DNA of 37,014 nucleotides from Gammaproteobacteria bacterium (GTDB lineage Bacteria; Pseudomonadota; Gammaproteobacteria; UBA1113): NCBI GenBank assembly GCA_044369355.1, contig JBIPMB010000001.1, positions 1 to 37,014 of the forward strand, read 5' to 3'. Shown piece by piece: positions 33,838 to 37,014 of this stretch (position 1 is its first letter; each line of letters starts with the position of its first letter). The notes under the pieces were generated by a model. It saw only the letters and a program-made list of their open reading frames with translations, ran no database searches and was not told where the DNA came from. The position numbers and the translations under genes were made by a program.

Positions 33838-34770
33838 ATGGAAAAATATGCAATTTTATTTCCGGGTCAAGGCTCACAATCGGTGGGTATGTTAAATGCT
33901 TTTGAAGAGAATTATGCCGACGTATTAGGATCTGTCTTTCGTTCCGCGTCTAAAGCATTAAACGATGATTTATGGGAAATAATCAGTCATGATAGTCGTG
34001 GTCTTTTAGATCAAACACAATACACGCAACCCGCCTTATTGGCTGCATCTTATGTGATGTGGCTTATCTGGCAAAAAACAGCAAAAACAAAACCCAGTTT
34101 TTTAGCAGGACACAGTCTAGGTGAATACACAGCATTGGTGTGTGCCGAAGCACTTGCTTTTGAAGATGCGATTGCTTTGGTTGCCTTACGCGGGCGCTTG
34201 ATGCAACAAGCCGTACCGGAAGGTGTAGGCGCCATGGCGGCTATTGTAGGTTTAAGCGATGAAGTTGTGGCTAATTTGTGTCAACAAGCCAGCAGAGAAG
34301 GTGTGGTGAGTCCAGCCAATTATAATGCCATAGGGCAAGTGGTTATTTCAGGTCATAAAGAAGCGGTATTGTATGCTATAGAAGAAGCCAAAGCCGCGGG
34401 CGCTAAAATCGCAAAATTATTAACAGTGAGCGTGCCATCGCATTGTGCATTGATGAAACCAGCTGCAGAAGCCTTAGGCGACGCTTTAGAGCGTATAGCC
34501 ATACATGCACCGCGTTATCCCATTATACACAATGCTACTGTCGATATCGTTGAACATCCAGACGATATACGTCAGCGCTTGGTGGAACAAATGTATCAGC
34601 CCGTACGCTGGGTGGAAACCGTGCAACGTTTAGTCGCTGAAGGAGTGACTCTAGCTTTAGAATGTGGTCCTGGCAATGTGTTAACGGGTTTAAATAAACG
34701 TATAGACAAGGATCTAAAAAGCTTAACGCTAAAAGATCCCAGTTGTTTTAATATAGAGGAGATAAATTAA
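33838..34770 (+). CDS. fabD: Malonyl-CoA:ACP transacylase
   Basis: The motifs FPGQGSQSVGM and GHSLGEY are present. I chose the ATG at 33838 because MEKYAILFPGQGSQ matches the usual FabD N-terminal spacing, so the listed GTG at 33823 is probably not used. Confidence 0.95.
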   Translation: MEKYAILFPGQGSQSVGMLNAFEENYADVLGSVFRSASKALNDDLWEIISHDSRGLLDQTQYTQPALLAASYVMWLIWQKTAKTKPSFLAGHSLGEYTALVCAEALAFEDAIALVALRGRLMQQAVPEGVGAMAAIVGLSDEVVANLCQQASREGVVSPANYNAIGQVVISGHKEAVLYAIEEAKAAGAKIAKLLTVSVPSHCALMKPAAEALGDALERIAIHAPRYPIIHNATVDIVEHPDDIRQRLVEQMYQPVRWVETVQRLVAEGVTLALECGPGNVLTGLNKRIDKDLKSLTLKDPSCFNIEEIN

Positions 34771-35514
34771 ATGAGTTTAACGGGTAAAACGGCGCTTATT
34801 ACTGGTGCTAGCCGCGGTATAGGTCATGCAATATTATTGGGTTTAGCCGCAATGGGTGCAACCGTAGTCGGTACTGCGACCAGCGACAAAGGTACTAAGC
34901 TTATTACAGATGCGTTAGCTGCGAAAGGATATACCGGTGGCGCTGTGGTTATGGATGTGCGCGATGATAATTCAGTTGCTGCGGCATTGGCGGCGGTAGA
35001 AGAGGGATATGGTGCGCCAGCCGTCGTTGTGAACAATGCAGGTATTACGGCAGATAATTTATTTTTACGTATGAAGATGGAAGAATGGCAAAGTGTATTA
35101 GATGCTAATTTAACGGCATTATATCGTGTCACCAAACCGTGTTTGCGTGCCATGTTAAAAGCACATTGGGGCCGCATTATTAACATCAGCTCTGTGGTGG
35201 GGGTGTCGGGTAATCCAGGACAAGCGAATTATTGCGCTTCTAAAGCGGGTGTCATTGGCTTTAGCAAATCTTTGGCACAAGAAGTGGCCAGCCGTAACAT
35301 CACCGTCAATGTGGTTGCACCTGGTTTTATAGGCACAGACATGACCAGTGCGTTAACGGAAGAGCAACAAACGCAACTCAAAAAAACGATTCCTATGCAA
35401 CGCACCGGTACACCAGAAGAAATTGCTGCCGTAGTGTGCTTTTTAGCAAGTCCAGGAGCGAGTTATATTACGGGTGAAACCATTCAAGTGAATGGTGGTA
35501 TGTATATGCAATAG
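34771..35514 (+). CDS. fabG: 3-oxoacyl-ACP reductase
   Basis: The SDR motifs TGASRGIG, NNAG and YCASKAG are present, in the conserved position. Confidence 0.97.
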   Translation: MSLTGKTALITGASRGIGHAILLGLAAMGATVVGTATSDKGTKLITDALAAKGYTGGAVVMDVRDDNSVAAALAAVEEGYGAPAVVVNNAGITADNLFLRMKMEEWQSVLDANLTALYRVTKPCLRAMLKAHWGRIINISSVVGVSGNPGQANYCASKAGVIGFSKSLAQEVASRNITVNVVAPGFIGTDMTSALTEEQQTQLKKTIPMQRTGTPEEIAAVVCFLASPGASYITGETIQVNGGMYMQ

Positions 35515-35524
35515 AGAAAGCTAT

Positions 35525-36415
35525 ATGAATTTTAGTATCATTATTCCCTGTTACAATGCGGCACATACTTTGGCGCGAGCGATTGATTCCCTTTTAGTTC
35601 AACGTGCTTATCTGAGCAATATCATTTTAATGGATGATGGCAGCACCGATGATACTGCGCAGATAGCGCAAGACTATCAACTGCGTTATCCTAATCTTAT
35701 TGAGTATCACCATCAAAGTAATCAAGGGCCGGCCAAAGCACGCAATCAGGGAGTCGCTTATGCCAAAGGGGACTATATCTTATTTTTAGATGCAGACGAT
35801 GCTTTAACGCCAAATTGTTTGCAAGCATTTTGTTTAGCGTTTATAGATTTTCCCTCAGTAGATATTATGATCGCAGGGTATACGTCTGTACACGGCGATA
35901 GAGAGCGGTCCAAGTACCCTACAGATTTTCACACCAATGCGCTGTTGTTACAAGCATTGTGGTTCGGAAAATTTGGCTCTTGCGGAGGCGCAATCGCTCT
36001 ACGCAAACATTGTTGCCAATACGCGCATTACCCCGAGACGATTAAACATGGGGAAGATGTAGTCTTTTTCAGTCATCTTATTGCCAAATTTCCAGCGCAT
36101 ACTCTGCCTTTTATTGCACTCAAAGTTTTTCACAGTCCAAACAGTTTGCGTCACGATAAGATATCAACACTAGAGGAAGCGGAAGCAATTATTCCCTTGT
36201 TATTCAACCCGCACTATTTAAGCGAAGAGTTCATGCAGCTTAAAGCACAATATCACGCTAAACAATTATTATCGCTTTCGCGTACAGCGATTAGACTCAA
36301 GCGATATGCTTTGGCGCGTTGTTTTCTTGCTAAAGCCTATGGGTTGCATTCTGCGAGTATGTACCATATTAAACCGTTAAAATCCTTAATAATAGCGTAT
36401 ACACATAGAAATTAA
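35525..36415 (+). CDS. Family-2 glycosyltransferase
   Basis: The N-terminus MNFSIIIPCYNAAHTLARAIDSLL...DDGSTDDT...FLDADD is a typical GT2 (GT-A fold, DxD motif). I placed the start at the ATG at 35525. Confidence 0.85.
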   Translation: MNFSIIIPCYNAAHTLARAIDSLLVQRAYLSNIILMDDGSTDDTAQIAQDYQLRYPNLIEYHHQSNQGPAKARNQGVAYAKGDYILFLDADDALTPNCLQAFCLAFIDFPSVDIMIAGYTSVHGDRERSKYPTDFHTNALLLQALWFGKFGSCGGAIALRKHCCQYAHYPETIKHGEDVVFFSHLIAKFPAHTLPFIALKVFHSPNSLRHDKISTLEEAEAIIPLLFNPHYLSEEFMQLKAQYHAKQLLSLSRTAIRLKRYALARCFLAKAYGLHSASMYHIKPLKSLIIAYTHRN

Positions 36416-36644
36416 GCCGCAAAAGAATATTCATACCTGATTTTAGTAATTACCACACACCATTTTGAGAGTATGTTATACTGTACAAATCACGATCAAG
36501 GGCATACCCGTTCACCTACGGGAGAAACTTGTGTTTCAACGAGGAATATATATGGTTGCTTGGCTAATGAAAATAGCAATCCAAATGAGTCGTCATTAAA
36601 AGATCAGCCCGCCGTACGTCAACGATTCTGTGGCATATAAAGCT

Positions 36645-36673
36645 TTAGACTCGCTCGATTATTATGGTATAAT
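36645..36673 (+). promoter_or_regulatory. Strong sigma70-like promoter upstream of acpP
   Basis: TTAGAC, 17-nt spacer, TATAAT, about 160 nt upstream of the acpP ATG. Motif match only. Confidence 0.5.
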
Positions 36674-36833
36674 CACTTACTAGAACAAGCCTAAAATGCC
36701 CATAAAATGGACAGATTTAACGCTTGTAGCTATCTCTAGATCAATGTGCTTCTAGATGATATACTCCCAAAACTGGCGCAATAGCGCCACTAATGGGATT
36801 TTTAATGTTAATAATTATGAGGAATCTGTTGGA

Positions 36834-37014
36834 ATGAGTACTATAGAAGATCGCGTGGTGAATATTATTGCTCAGCAATTGGGTGTGGATCGAGAGAATG
36901 TAAAACCGGATTCTTCCTTCATCGATGATTTGGGTGCCGATTCTTTAGATACCGTAGAACTGGTTATGGCTTTGGAAGAAGAATTTAATGCCGAAATTCC
37001 AGACTCCGATGCCG
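36834..37014 (+). CDS. acpP: Acyl carrier protein, 3' end outside window
   Basis: The translation [51 protein letters not shown] carries the phosphopantetheine-site motif [18 protein letters not shown] is present. Confidence 0.95.
   Translation, partial: MSTIEDRVVNIIAQQLGVDRENVKPDSSFIDDLGADSLDTVELVMALEEEFNAEIPDSDA

Overview
This is a moderately AT-rich chromosomal segment of a gammaproteobacterium. Gene content and repeat load suggest an intracellular Legionellales/Coxiella-like organism, but that is inference only. The housekeeping backbone holds the 3' part of an RND efflux permease; rpsP-rimM-trmD-rplS; mnmG-rsmG and parA-parB, split by a PhzF-family gene; a DUF47/PiT phosphate-uptake pair; hemD-hemX-hemY; rnr-rlmB; and rpmF-plsX-fabH-fabD-fabG-[GT2]-acpP. 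The unusual content is: (i) a ~1151-aa protein joining a eukaryotic-type kinase fold with non-canonical catalytic motifs to about 20 ankyrin repeats built from recently duplicated modules; (ii) an orphan 470-aa protein wedged between parB and the rpsP operon; (iii) an intact IS630-family transposase at the centre of a ~1.5-kb palindromic element, next to an IS110/IS1111-type transposase remnant; (iv) at least three families of small structured dispersed repeats, two of which sit exactly at gene junctions of conserved operons and rewrite the C-termini of TrmD, ParA and HemD; (v) a Lys/Ala-rich histone-H1-like protein with five near-perfect 24-bp coding repeats; (vi) two paralogous MFS transporters bracketing an AT-rich VOC-like gene. 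I recognised no rRNA, tRNA or CRISPR array. All calls come from reading the sequence and ORF translations by eye; no searches were run.
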